A DNA stretch of 64,000 bases from Escherichia coli (GTDB taxonomy: Bacteria > Pseudomonadota > Gammaproteobacteria > Enterobacterales > Enterobacteriaceae), in assembly GCF_003790525.1 (NCBI RefSeq), contig NZ_CP033632.1. The stretch is one strand, 5' to 3'. The notes beneath the pieces were generated by a model, which saw only the letters and a program-made list of their open reading frames with translations, was not told the DNA's origin and searched no databases. Shown here in pieces: positions 63,402 through 64,000 of this stretch. How positions within the stretch are numbered: position 1 is the stretch's first letter; each line of letters begins with the position of its first letter. Position numbers and translations under genes: made by a program.

Positions 63402-64000
63402 CTAGGCGGGCAGATCCTCCTGGACCGGCTTCCTGCGGGTCACCAGTTTCCGTAGCGTCACGTAAAACACCGGCGTCAGGAACAGACCGAAGAGCGTCAC
63501 GCCCAGCATCCCGGAGAACACCGTGATCCCGGTGACGCCGCGGACTTCCGCCCCCGCGCCGTGGCCGAGGATCAGCGGAATGGTCCCGGCGATAAAGGCG
63601 ATGGAGGTCATCACGATCGGGCGCAGACGCAGGCGGCATGCCTCCAGCGCCGCTTCCATGATGCCTTTCCCCTGGATCTCCAGCTCGCGGGCAAACTCGA
63701 CGATCAGAATGGCGTTTTTACAGGCCAGGCCCATCAGGACCACCAGACCCACCTGCACGAAGACGTTGTTATCGCCCCCGGTCAGCCAGACGCCAAACAG
63801 CGCGGAGAGCATCGTCATCGGTACGATAAGGATCACCGCCAGCGGCAGGGTCCAGCTTTCATACAGCGCGGCCAGTACGAGGAATGCCAGCAGCACCGCC
63901 ACCGGGAAGACGATCAGCGCCGTGTTGCCCTGGGTGGCCTGCTGGAAGCTGAGATCCGTCCACTCAATATTCATCCCATTCGGCAGGATCTGCTTCGACA
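63402..64000 (-). CDS. oqxB: RND efflux pump OqxB, C-terminal portion (continues beyond window)
   Basis: AcrB-like C-terminal TM segments; convergent with oqxR. Confidence 0.85.
   Translation of the reverse strand, partial: SKQILPNGMNIEWTDLSFQQATQGNTALIVFPVAVLLAFLVLAALYESWTLPLAVILIVPMTMLSALFGVWLTGGDNNVFVQVGLVVLMGLACKNAILIVEFARELEIQGKGIMEAALEACRLRLRPIVMTSIAFIAGTIPLILGHGAGAEVRGVTGITVFSGMLGVTLFGLFLTPVFYVTLRKLVTRRKPVQEDLPA

Overview
Mosaic enterobacterial window with four parts; all protein and element identifications are from reading the sequence and recall of known families, no searches were run. (1) 1-4.7 kb: small transport/catabolic locus (NupG-like MFS permease, MBL-fold hydrolase, divergent 724-aa LacI-family regulator with a solute-binding-like extension). 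(2) 4.7-8.9 kb: IS debris (IS256-family remnant, IS3-family element with frameshifted orfB, IS186) around a hokC/gef-like hok/mok type I toxin locus. (3) 9-41 kb: backbone of a P1-like phage-plasmid: tail/head genes, parS-parB-parA, RepA flanked by incA/incC-type iterons and oriR, tRNA-Asn/Thr/Ile, Ban DnaB-like helicase, a six-gene baseplate operon, and a pmg/ppp-like gene cluster. It is interrupted by an IS1294-like IS91-family element that truncates the dmt methyltransferase, and carries an extra T5orf172-like gene between incA and parA. (4) 41-64 kb: IS26-rich multiresistance mosaic: DUF3883-like ORF, tRNA-Leu(UAA) split by a group I intron, tmrB, aac(3)-II, IS10 remnant, mph(A)-mrx separated from mphR(A) by an IS26 inversion, IS6100, orphan iteron origin with stbDE-like TA, second IS1294 copy, IS50L-aph(3')-IIa-ble' (Tn5 fragment), oqxR and the 3' end of oqxB. 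The most unusual items are the intron-containing tRNA-Leu inside the resistance segment, the extra gene in the P1 rep/par module, paired structured RNA-like hairpins near the phage tRNAs, and tandem type I toxin-like peptide genes.
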